Source: Alphaproteobacteria bacterium (GTDB lineage: Bacteria; Pseudomonadota; Alphaproteobacteria; 16-39-46). Taken from it: a stretch of 64,000 nt of DNA. The notes beneath the pieces were generated by a model that saw only the letters and a program-made list of their open reading frames with translations, was not told where the DNA came from and made no database searches. A program made the translations under genes and the position numbers. Of this stretch, positions 1-7,937 are shown piece by piece (the first letter of the stretch is position 1; each line of letters starts with the position of its first letter). The stretch lies in contig JAGYKM010000004.1 in the NCBI GenBank assembly GCA_018401675.1, positions 34,491 through 98,490 of the forward strand, in the 5' to 3' direction.

Positions 1-290
1 CTTAAGCGCCTACTTCCTATCATATCGTTTACACAAAAGGCACAAAAACAACATACAGGATAAAATTCCCAAGTGATTAAAAACCTGAATTATTCCACAA
101 AAGCTCGCCCGAGTTTGTTCATCCTATCTATGCAGTTTTTATCTAAAAATACTGCCGGGTAATATGAGCAATCGATGCCCATATGAAGGTCTAGCCACCA
201 TTCATATGGAAATGAACCCTGTCCCGTTGAAATGCCCTTTACCTTACGGATAGAGACTATTAAATCTGGTTTATCGCGCTCCAGATCTAA

Positions 291-677
291 ATGAACCCTA
301 TATACCCTGCATCATATCCTTTCCTCTATGCACCCGTCGTTGAATATGCCCTCTCTTTACCTACTTATACTCTTTTTGATAAAGGATATGATCGCTATCC
401 TTTACGCAAATCTGTTAGTGATCGTTTTAGAACAGAGAGAGTCTGGAGGCGCGATAAAAGCCAAACAACTGGCATCTTTCAATTAGGCATGAAAAAAAAT
501 CTGGACTATATTCTTAGTCTTTGTGCTAAAGGACATTTCGTTCAACGAGAGCTCATCGAGAAAGAAGAACTCGAAAAAACAATAAGCCTAATTAGCCATG
601 GTGATACGAATGATTTGTGGCCTTTTACACATTTAGCCTCCGCGGAGATTTTTTTATCCTACTGGGATAAATCCTAA
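291..677 (+). pseudogene. Asparagine synthetase (AsnB/McjC-like) C-terminal fragment. An in-frame stop (taa) sits immediately upstream at 288-290, so the N-terminal two-thirds of the gene is missing or degraded.
   Basis: Translation PFLYAPVVEYALSLP...YPLRKSV matches the conserved C-terminal region of AsnB-family enzymes (PFLD..vVEFalsLP...K.LLR). The ORF is only 128 aa and is preceded by a stop. No intact frame in nt 1-290. Confidence 0.5.
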
Positions 678-679
678 TC

Positions 680-2371
680 ATGGATCAATATCAGTATCCT
701 TATAGACAATGTATTAAAGAGATTCTCACTACGGCTTTTTCCGATAAAAAAATCCGCATAAATTTCCTACTGGGACTACTCTTTTTGTTATTAAGCGTTC
801 TTTCTAGCTTAGCCTTACCTGTGATTCTCAAGAAAATTATCGACTTGTTTTTGAATTCTGATCAATCTTTTATTGTATTTTTGCTCCTTAGCTATGGCAT
901 TATTTGGACGATTAGTCAAATTTCAGTCCATTTGCGTACGTTACTTATTTTTAAAATCGAACAGCGCCTCACGTTAATTTTGGGAACAAAGATTCTATCC
1001 CATCTTTTTGACCTCTCTGTAAATTATTTTGTAAATCAACAACCAGGGGCTCTCACAAATATTATCCGAAGAGCCCAACAGAATGTACCTCCCATTGTAT
1101 TGGGACTTTTTTTTCATGTCATACCAACCCTTCTCGAATTCTTCTTTGTAGTGTCTCTTATTTACTATTTTTATCCCTTTATTTATAGCCTTTTAATGGT
1201 GATTATACTTGGAAGTTTTTTTGCATACACCCTTCTATCTCTTAAAATGGCTCTAAAAGCACGCGAACAAGCTAATGATGCAGACAAAGATGCTGACGGC
1301 GTTGTTGCAGATTGGGTATCGAACTATGAAGCAGTTAAGGTGTTTGGAAAGTCTGATTTAGCTCTGAATACTTGCGAGTCAGAGTTAAAAAAAAGAGAAA
1401 CTTCAGAAATTAAGTTTATGCGACTTATTTCTTTTTCCTATATAGGCCAGTCTATGATTTTGGGGATAGGCCTTTCTTTGTTTACTTATCTTGTTGGACA
1501 AGGTGTAGTCCTTGGCTCCCTGACCGTAGGGGATTTTGTTTTATTTAACGGATATATCCTACAACTTGTAGTTCCAGTCGCCATATTAGGACAAGTTATC
1601 CAAGATATTAAGAAAACAATCCTAGACATGAAAGGCATCATTAGAGTTCTTCTCACTCCTCCTGAGATTACTGAAGCGCCTTTTCCTCTTAAAATATTAA
1701 CAAAAAGTCCATCCATAACTTTTGACAATGTTTCCTTCAGGTATAAAGAAAGATTTATCCTTAAAAAGGTTTCTTTTAAAATTAAGCCAGGTGAAGTAGT
1801 TCAGATTATGGGGCCGACTGGAGTTGGGAAATCCACAATTGCAAAACTCCTATTAAGACTTTTTGACCCTACAGAAGGCACTATTTTCGTAGACCGTACA
1901 AACCTCCGACAGGTGTCATTAAAGTCTCTATCTGAAACTATTAGATGGATTCCTCAAGAAACTTACTTACTAAACAATACCATCCAAAATAATCTCACTT
2001 TCGTCCATCCAGACGCAACTATCGTCCATCCAGACGCAACTATGAGGGAAATTGAAGAAGCTCTGCACCTCGCCCATCTTTTAGAATTTATCAATACCCT
2101 CCCTGACGGATTAAATACAGTTGTGGGAAATAGAGGGCTAAAACTATCTGGGGGAGAAAAGCAACGACTTTCCATAGCCAGAATTTTTCTAAAGAAACCT
2201 AAAATTTGTGTTTTTGACGAAAGTACATCTTCTCTCGACCAAGTAACAGAAACCGCTATACAGGAAAATATTCTAACCCACTTGCCTCATACGACGAAAG
2301 TTATCATTACGCATCGTTCTTTTCTCAAAGATAGAATTGATCAGGTTATCCATATCACCCCGCCCTCCTAA
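680..2371 (+). CDS. ABC transporter, fused permease/ATPase, type I exporter (MsbA/MdlB/McjD-like)
   Basis: N-terminal multi-TM domain. C-terminal NBD has Walker A GPTGVGKST, signature LSGGEKQR and Walker B ICVFDE. The start codon abuts the asnB-like fragment. Contains an in-frame 21-bp tandem duplication at 2001-2042. Confidence 0.85.
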   Translation: MDQYQYPYRQCIKEILTTAFSDKKIRINFLLGLLFLLLSVLSSLALPVILKKIIDLFLNSDQSFIVFLLLSYGIIWTISQISVHLRTLLIFKIEQRLTLILGTKILSHLFDLSVNYFVNQQPGALTNIIRRAQQNVPPIVLGLFFHVIPTLLEFFFVVSLIYYFYPFIYSLLMVIILGSFFAYTLLSLKMALKAREQANDADKDADGVVADWVSNYEAVKVFGKSDLALNTCESELKKRETSEIKFMRLISFSYIGQSMILGIGLSLFTYLVGQGVVLGSLTVGDFVLFNGYILQLVVPVAILGQVIQDIKKTILDMKGIIRVLLTPPEITEAPFPLKILTKSPSITFDNVSFRYKERFILKKVSFKIKPGEVVQIMGPTGVGKSTIAKLLLRLFDPTEGTIFVDRTNLRQVSLKSLSETIRWIPQETYLLNNTIQNNLTFVHPDATIVHPDATMREIEEALHLAHLLEFINTLPDGLNTVVGNRGLKLSGGEKQRLSIARIFLKKPKICVFDESTSSLDQVTETAIQENILTHLPHTTKVIITHRSFLKDRIDQVIHITPPS

Positions 2372-2397
2372 AAACTTACTTTAAGAAGGAGATAATA

Positions 2398-2589
2398 ATG
2401 CTCTTTTTTCTCCCTTCGTCTTTAACGCCCCCATTTACTTCTTTATTACACCCGCCTCGAGATTCACACGATGATCATTCTTTCTTGTATCTTCTTCATA
2501 TTTTTGTGATCTGGCGCATCCTATTGCCCCAATACCTATCAGGCCTTTGTGAACTGTGCTCCATCCTGAATCGTTCTGGACCATCTTAA
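2398..2589 (+). CDS. Small hydrophobic ORF (63 aa) with a strong Shine-Dalgarno, directly after the ABC exporter
   Basis: aagaaggag lies 8 nt upstream of the ATG at 2398. No recognisable family. Could be a small membrane protein or peptide. Confidence 0.25.
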   Translation: MLFFLPSSLTPPFTSLLHPPRDSHDDHSFLYLLHIFVIWRILLPQYLSGLCELCSILNRSGPS

Positions 2590-2701
2590 GTAAAAGGAAA
2601 GTCAATTTTTTTACCTTTTAATTAACTCACTGACTCGTTAGGCCAGGATAGCCTTATCATCAACACCAGCCCAACTCTCTAACGTCTTTTCATAAAGGCA
2701 T

Positions 2702-2727
2702 AAAAAAAGGGGCCGAATGCCCCTTTT
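2702..2727. terminator. Bidirectional rho-independent terminator
   Basis: A7 then GGGGC-cgaat-GCCCC hairpin then TTTT. Lies between convergent genes 2398..2589(+) and 2754..3041(-). Confidence 0.6.
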
Positions 2728-2753
2728 CCTTGAAAACTTAAAAAGAAAAGATG

Positions 2754-3041
2754 CTAAGAAGTACTTACACCCTCTGAAGGATCAAAGTTTTCTTCAGCTG
2801 TAGGAGCTTCCATTTCCACAGTGTCAATTTCGCTCATAGGAGCCGCTTGCACAGACACTTCTTCTACCACAACTTCTGGAGCGTCTTCATCCGTTGACGC
2901 CGCATCAGTCGCAATTATAACGTCATCGGTCTTCGGTGCTTTGTTTTTGCCAAAATAAGATCCAGCATAAAGAGGCGACGCACAAACAGCCGCCAAAGCA
3001 ACAACCAAGGATATCGATGCAGATTTATTTGAGATTTTCAT
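2754..3041 (-). CDS. Small secreted acidic protein, hypothetical
   Basis: N-terminal signal peptide (MKISNKSASISLVVALAAVCASPLYAG). Asp/Glu-rich C-terminus. Terminator immediately downstream. Confidence 0.45.
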   Translation of the reverse strand: MKISNKSASISLVVALAAVCASPLYAGSYFGKNKAPKTDDVIIATDAASTDEDAPEVVVEEVSVQAAPMSEIDTVEMEAPTAEENFDPSEGVSTS

Positions 3042-3355
3042 TAGGGAACAACTCCATTTAAGATAAAAAAACGCCTAGATTGTTTGTAACATACTCAAAG
3101 AATTCCCAAAAGAAGATTTTGCATCCATCTCACTCAGATACTTACCGTAATGTATGTTATCAACCACTCCCTTAAATTCAATACGCCACAGGACTGTCTA
3201 TGATTTCAACAATATTCACTCCTTCTGCTACCGGTTCATTTCTCGCATTCTTTAGGTGGGTATTTCTTCCTTCTCTCTTTTTATATGAGAGGAACACGGC
3301 TCCAGTGAGCCCCGCTCTTCTCTTCTAAAACAGCGGGGAGGAATGGTCAAAAGGC

Positions 3356-4621
3356 CTATTTTTTAGCCAATGCCTCTTGTAAGTAGTCAGCAATTTTTTC
3401 CGCAGACCCGGAGGGAATTCCATAATCCTCTAAATGCGGTACTCCCTTTGAATCGTGTTTCCGACTCAAAATTTTACGCAATTCATCTGCCGTCCCTACT
3501 CTTGGGGCCATCTGCGCTTCAATGGCAAAGTTCGAATAACCTTCCTCTGCCATATAAAGAGCTGGAATACCTACGGCGAGCCCTTGCATACACACGGTTG
3601 ATTTATGGCACACAAGATAAGTAGGCTCTAAGGTACTTAAATTCATAGTGGATAATCCCCCTTCTTGCTGCTCACGAAAAATAATCCGAACCTGCCCTAT
3701 ATCCGCATGCTCCTCCACAATGGAGGCTTCTACTGACCCATCTGTCTTAGGATGGGGGGTCACCAAAACCTTAAAGTCCGTGCCCTTGACGCCTTTAATA
3801 AACTCTTCAAACGCGGCCCTGTAGGTAAGGTCATACCCACCTGCAAATATAAGCAAAGGATGCTGCTGCATATCTTTGGTTAAAACTTCCGCGGCAACTT
3901 GGTCCTTAAGCGCTGTATTCTGATGCGCCTCTTGCCAACTTTCCAAACTGGGCTGGCCCAATACCGTAATAGGGACTACCTCGTTTCGAATTGCATTAAG
4001 ATGCTTAAAACTGAGTTCGGTAGTAGATGACGGGGTCACATAGCCATCAAGGCCACGAGCCGATGCCAAAAAAGGACGTACGTATTCTTTGATAACCCGA
4101 TCTCTTCTTCCAACCACATCATCAAAGTTATCATAGTAAGCAACAACCCGCGCTCCTTTCTTTTTAAAGGCGTTGGCTAAATCCCCGTGAGCACGGCTTG
4201 ACATAGAGGTAAAGACAACTTTTTGAGGATGAGCGGTTACGATCCCCTCATATTGAGCACCAGTTAAGTTACCCACCCCAGAAAGAATTTTAAGAGGTGC
4301 GTTCGAAGGCGTGTTGGATAAGGCGTGATGGCCATCAAGAAGGTCGGATGCTTTACCGCTGGCTAAAATCTGATAGGGAACTTTTCGTTCATCTAAAACC
4401 TTGAATACTGGCTTTAACGCAAAAGTCTCCCCCGCATCATGAACCATAAAAAGAATTTCGTCTTTCATGGCCGAACAAGGAGACGACACAATGCCCCAAG
4501 CTAAAATAAAGAAACTAAACACTCCCGCTAGCCTGGATCCCAAAGAGCTTAATCCCCTTTGTTCTCTGTATCTCTTGATCATCAGAATGGCATCCTTATC
4601 TTTTTTGTGAAACTGGGCCAA
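3356..4621 (-). CDS. Hypothetical membrane-anchored protein, possibly a GT-B fold glycosyltransferase (LpxB-like pattern, weak)
   Basis: 421-aa intact ORF with an N-terminal hydrophobic segment. Loose resemblance to lipid-A-disaccharide synthase-like layouts (DAGETFALKP..., central and C-terminal G-rich loops). Not verified. Confidence 0.35.
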   Translation of the reverse strand: MAQFHKKDKDAILMIKRYREQRGLSSLGSRLAGVFSFFILAWGIVSSPCSAMKDEILFMVHDAGETFALKPVFKVLDERKVPYQILASGKASDLLDGHHALSNTPSNAPLKILSGVGNLTGAQYEGIVTAHPQKVVFTSMSSRAHGDLANAFKKKGARVVAYYDNFDDVVGRRDRVIKEYVRPFLASARGLDGYVTPSSTTELSFKHLNAIRNEVVPITVLGQPSLESWQEAHQNTALKDQVAAEVLTKDMQQHPLLIFAGGYDLTYRAAFEEFIKGVKGTDFKVLVTPHPKTDGSVEASIVEEHADIGQVRIIFREQQEGGLSTMNLSTLEPTYLVCHKSTVCMQGLAVGIPALYMAEEGYSNFAIEAQMAPRVGTADELRKILSRKHDSKGVPHLEDYGIPSGSAEKIADYLQEALAKK

Positions 4622-4974
4622 GCCCTATCGCCTGCTTGTTTACTCTGCCATTAAACACAGAAAAGAGAGATATTCCACCCTATTTATTACTCTCATTCTT
4701 TTTAAGAAGACTCACTATTTCATGAAGTTGATCCATTTCGTGTGTATCTAGGGCTTCTTTTCGTTTTGTAGCATTCTTTTTTCGCCAGTGGAACTAGAGC
4801 CCTTTTTTTCTTTGTTTTTTTTAACTATCCAGTACGCCCCAAAAGCGCCTAAGGCTACTAGCGCTGTTTTTAAAATTTTCACTTATTTCTCCCTCAGTCA
4901 TTACTATTTTTATTAATTCTTTTTTTATGAATCTTTCAAGTACCAGTATAAAGAAATCATATACAAGAAACAAC

Positions 4975-5211
4975 TCACGCGTTCAGGCCATCAGTGTCCC
5001 TTGTTTTAGAGTCATTTCCCAAAAGTATATCGTCTAGAATGAGGTAGTTTTTGGATGCTTCTCCATCCGCTCTATAGGATTCTATTAGGTTTAGAAAATC
5101 TTGATCCCTGTCCACTTTTTCAGAGTTTTTAAATGTCACAACTGCGAGCGACAATTCGGTTTTTTGTTGTTGGCTTGCTTTCTCTTGATGAGGTTCGCCA
5201 ATCGCGCCCAA
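4975..5211 (-). CDS. Hypothetical small protein (78 aa)
   Basis: ORF only. No motif recognised. Confidence 0.2.
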   Translation of the reverse strand: MGAIGEPHQEKASQQQKTELSLAVVTFKNSEKVDRDQDFLNLIESYRADGEASKNYLILDDILLGNDSKTRDTDGLNA

Positions 5212-5444
5212 AAAGAGCCCAGAACCATAAGCATACTTACTGAAAGTATTATTTTTTCCATCTCACCCTCCCGAATGTTCTGTATTTGTGATTTTTTTTA
5301 CTTGTTGTTAGTTTATCTATTTTTGAGTTTACCAAAATAACCTCATACCCACAACGTTGTTCAGAAGTTTGGCCCTCCCGTAGACGGTCCTCTAGCCTCA
5401 GTCCGTAGCTTTTAATCTCTCTTTCTGGAGATAATTTTAATCAC

Positions 5445-5477
5445 AAAAAAAGGAGAGTATTCCTACTCTCCTTTTTA
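5445..5477. terminator. Bidirectional rho-independent terminator
   Basis: A7 then AGGAGAGTA-ttcc-TACTCTCCT then T5. Sits just downstream of the small minus-strand gene that ends at 5503. Confidence 0.6.
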
Positions 5478-5502
5478 AAAACTTTCTCATGAAGAGAAAT
5501 TT

Positions 5503-5676
5503 TTACTTTGCTTCTTCAGCGTGTACTTCAGCGTGTACTTCAGCTAGTTCTGCGTCTGCTGTAGCTTCTACTGCTGCAGCTGTGTCAGTTACTGCTGCTT
5601 CATCTGCTGCAAATACTGGAGTTGCGAAAGCAACAACGGCTACCAAAGACAAAAGTGCATTTTTTAGAGTTGTCAT
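5503..5676 (-). CDS. Small exported protein (57 aa) with a signal peptide and AEVH repeats
   Basis: Minus-strand translation MTTLKNALLSLVAVVAFATPVFAADEAAV...AEVHAEVHAEEAK. A GAGGAA RBS lies 7 nt upstream. It is below the 60-aa ORF-track cutoff. The plus-strand ORF 5489..5974 overlapping it is a low-complexity Ala/Ser artefact. Confidence 0.4.
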   Translation of the reverse strand: MTTLKNALLSLVAVVAFATPVFAADEAAVTDTAAAVEATADAELAEVHAEVHAEEAK

Positions 5677-6019
5677 AATAAGTTCCTCATTAAAAGATTA
5701 TCAGGTTACGTCCATTCGCTCCTCGGCGTTGTTACCAAGAACGTTCGGCTTTTTCAGCCCAAAGTTCTACGAATTAACTCCCCCTTTAGAAGCGATCTTC
5801 ATGACGTATACAGTGGGCTTTTTTTATTTGCAACAAAAATACTTACAGCCCCATTATGATCTTTTTTTTAAGCGGTTACTGTCTGTTACCCTTTTGTTGA
5901 AACACCTATCAATTTCCCAATTTTGGTTACGACTTTACCCAATTTGGAACGGTCTCCTTGGCTCTATGGGCTGATTGTCTCAGACTTGTATTTTGTTTAT
6001 CATTTTTCTTGCACTCTTG

Positions 6020-6205
6020 GAATCAGAAGACTAGGCTAAGGATAAGGCTGCAAGGTTCGGTTATCTTACTATTCCAGGGGCCTGAGTTTGTAATTGGAAG
6101 TTGCTTCTGTAAACATCGTGGTGTTTGCATGTGACCTCCCCCTGTTTCTAAGGGCCACGTCGGGATACAACAAAGATGCCGGCCATTGCGGCTTTTTTCT
6201 TTTTA
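6020..6205 (+). ncRNA. ssrS: Candidate 6S RNA (ssrS) upstream of the 5-formyl-THF cyclo-ligase gene
   Basis: Positional only. ssrS-ygfA is a widely conserved linkage. About 200 nt of non-coding sequence ends in GCCGgccattgCGGC + T6 just before the MTHFS start. I could not verify the 6S fold by eye. Confidence 0.2.
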
Positions 6206-6216
6206 GTTTGCACCTA

Positions 6217-6831
6217 ATGATTCTTGAAAAAAAACGCCTTCGTTCAAGGCTTCTTCAAAAGCGTGAGGCTTTTCTTAAAAGTCACGAGACATCGGTGTTA
6301 ACGCCGGGGCTCAACAGCCACTTATTGTCTTTCGTTGAGCTCTACACTCCACACCCGTGTCTCCTTTATGGCTTTTGGCCCTTGCCTACAGAACCGGATA
6401 TTAGGCCTGCTCTTCAGTCCTTATACCACCGCTCTTATTCTATAGGTCTACCCAAAATACTCTCCTTTCAATCTCCCCTTTCTTTTGGCTCTTGGACCCC
6501 ACCTACCTCTTTAGCCCCCAATCCTCACCTTACGTCCATAGACCTTCTTGAGCCCAAAAGTCCTGATCTGGAGTTAGGGCGCCCTTTGGTGGTTTTTGTT
6601 CCGTGTTTAGGGTACGACCACCAAGGTCATCGCCTTGGGTATGGCAAAGGCCTTTACGACAGAACCTTGTACCAGATCCGATCTTTGACGCCTCAGTGTA
6701 TGATTGTAGGGGTTTCTTTTTCTTGCGGGTTGATGGCTGATTTGCCCCATGGCCCTCACGATCATCCTCTAAATGCTGTGATTACGGAGGAAAAATTTCA
6801 CCTTTTTTCCTATCCCTCTCAGGACCGATGA
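6217..6831 (+). CDS. ygfA: 5-formyltetrahydrofolate cyclo-ligase (MTHFS/YgfA)
   Basis: MILEKKRLRSRLLQKREAF N-terminus. Conserved C-terminal motif GYDHQGHRLGYGKGLYDR. The track ORF starts at 6094, but the in-frame ATG at 6217 is the likely start. Confidence 0.8.
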   Translation: MILEKKRLRSRLLQKREAFLKSHETSVLTPGLNSHLLSFVELYTPHPCLLYGFWPLPTEPDIRPALQSLYHRSYSIGLPKILSFQSPLSFGSWTPPTSLAPNPHLTSIDLLEPKSPDLELGRPLVVFVPCLGYDHQGHRLGYGKGLYDRTLYQIRSLTPQCMIVGVSFSCGLMADLPHGPHDHPLNAVITEEKFHLFSYPSQDR

Positions 6832-7937
6832 CGGCCGTAGCGTCTGTCTAAATCCACACCCAATAATAATCCAAACGCCATCATCAAGGTCAACAAGGAT
6901 GTGCCTCCATAAGATACCAAAGGAAGCGGCACGCCCACTACAGGCACTAAACCCATGACCATAGCCGTATTTATAAAAACATAAATAAGAAGCATGGATG
7001 CAATACCTAAGGCCAATAACCGCGCAAAAAGGTTTCTCGCTTCGAGGCTAATTCTCAAGGCTTGATAAAGCAAAATTCCATAAAGGGCCAACAAAAAAAT
7101 AGCCCCTAGAAAACCAAACTCTTCCCCAAACATAGTGAAGATAAAATCCGTCTGCTTTTCTGGCAGAAAATTTAAGCGACTTTGACTTCCTTCCATAAAA
7201 CCCTTGCCTAAAAAACCCCCTGACCCCAGGGCTATTTTAGACTGAACAATATGGTACCCAGCCCCTAATGGATCTCGCTCGGGACTCCAAAAAGTCATGA
7301 TTCTTTCTTTTTGATATCCCCGTAAAATGCCAGGCTAACGGCAAACTGGCAGCCCTGATCACCCCACTATACTGAAATACCAGGATTTCACACCTCTGAG
7401 AAAGAATAAGCTTCCTCCAATAAGCAAAAGCAGAAGCCCTGTACCCAAGTCCGGCTCTTTCAGAACCAAGGCCACGGGGACACAAATCACACCCACTGGA
7501 ATGAGAAGCCTCTTTAATGAATCAATATGCTCTTCTTTAATCTCACTCAAAAGACGCGCCAAGACTAAAATTAAAGCAATTTTCATCAATTCTGAGGGCT
7601 GTAGATTAAACACCCCCAGCTTAATCCATCGTTGAGCACCCATCCCCACGGCTCCGATCACCTCCACAGCCACCAACAACAGCAAGGATATGCCATAAAT
7701 AACGTAAGAAAGCTGATACCACAGCCTTACCTTGGTGGTCGCAATGACGAGCATAAGAACGAAACCTAACCCAAAGCGTAAAAGTTGGGGAAGAGCCCAA
7801 GGCATCCACTGCCCCCCCGATGCTGAAAAAAGCATTAATAATCCCAACCCAAAAATAGAACTCATTACAAAAATAAGCCCCCAATCTAACCGAATCAGTG
7901 CCTTACTTTTTTCATAAAAAAAACCGCTCACACTCAT
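6819..7937 (-). CDS. rodA: Rod shape-determining protein RodA (SEDS family), split into two ORFs by a frameshift near 7300-7358
   Basis: 7359..7937 encodes the N-terminal half with multiple TM segments. 6819..7298 encodes the C-terminal half (DPLGAGYHIVQSKIALGSGGFLGKGF...PEKQTDFIF..EEFGFLG...PLPLVSYGG). Reading upstream of 7298 in the C-terminal frame continues RodA-like sequence until a stop. Confidence 0.85.

Noticed and set aside
1486-2175. Antisense ORFs 1486..1728 and 1963..2175 inside the ABC transporter
   Set aside because: These are shadow ORFs within a well-supported gene. The same applies to the 11556..12334 plus-strand ORFs inside mreB, 19117..20164 inside lpdA, 26104..27248 and 29610..29798 antisense to the NRPS, and others like them.
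5489-5974. 161-aa plus-strand ORF rich in Ala/Ser/Thr
   Set aside because: Low-complexity translation antisense to a well-formed small exported-protein gene (5503..5676, minus) with its own RBS and terminator. Almost certainly not coding.
6094-6216. N-terminal 41-aa extension of the MTHFS ORF
   Set aside because: The conserved MTHFS N-terminus begins at the in-frame ATG at 6217 (MILEKKRLRSRLL...). The upstream part is more plausibly the 6S RNA or non-coding.
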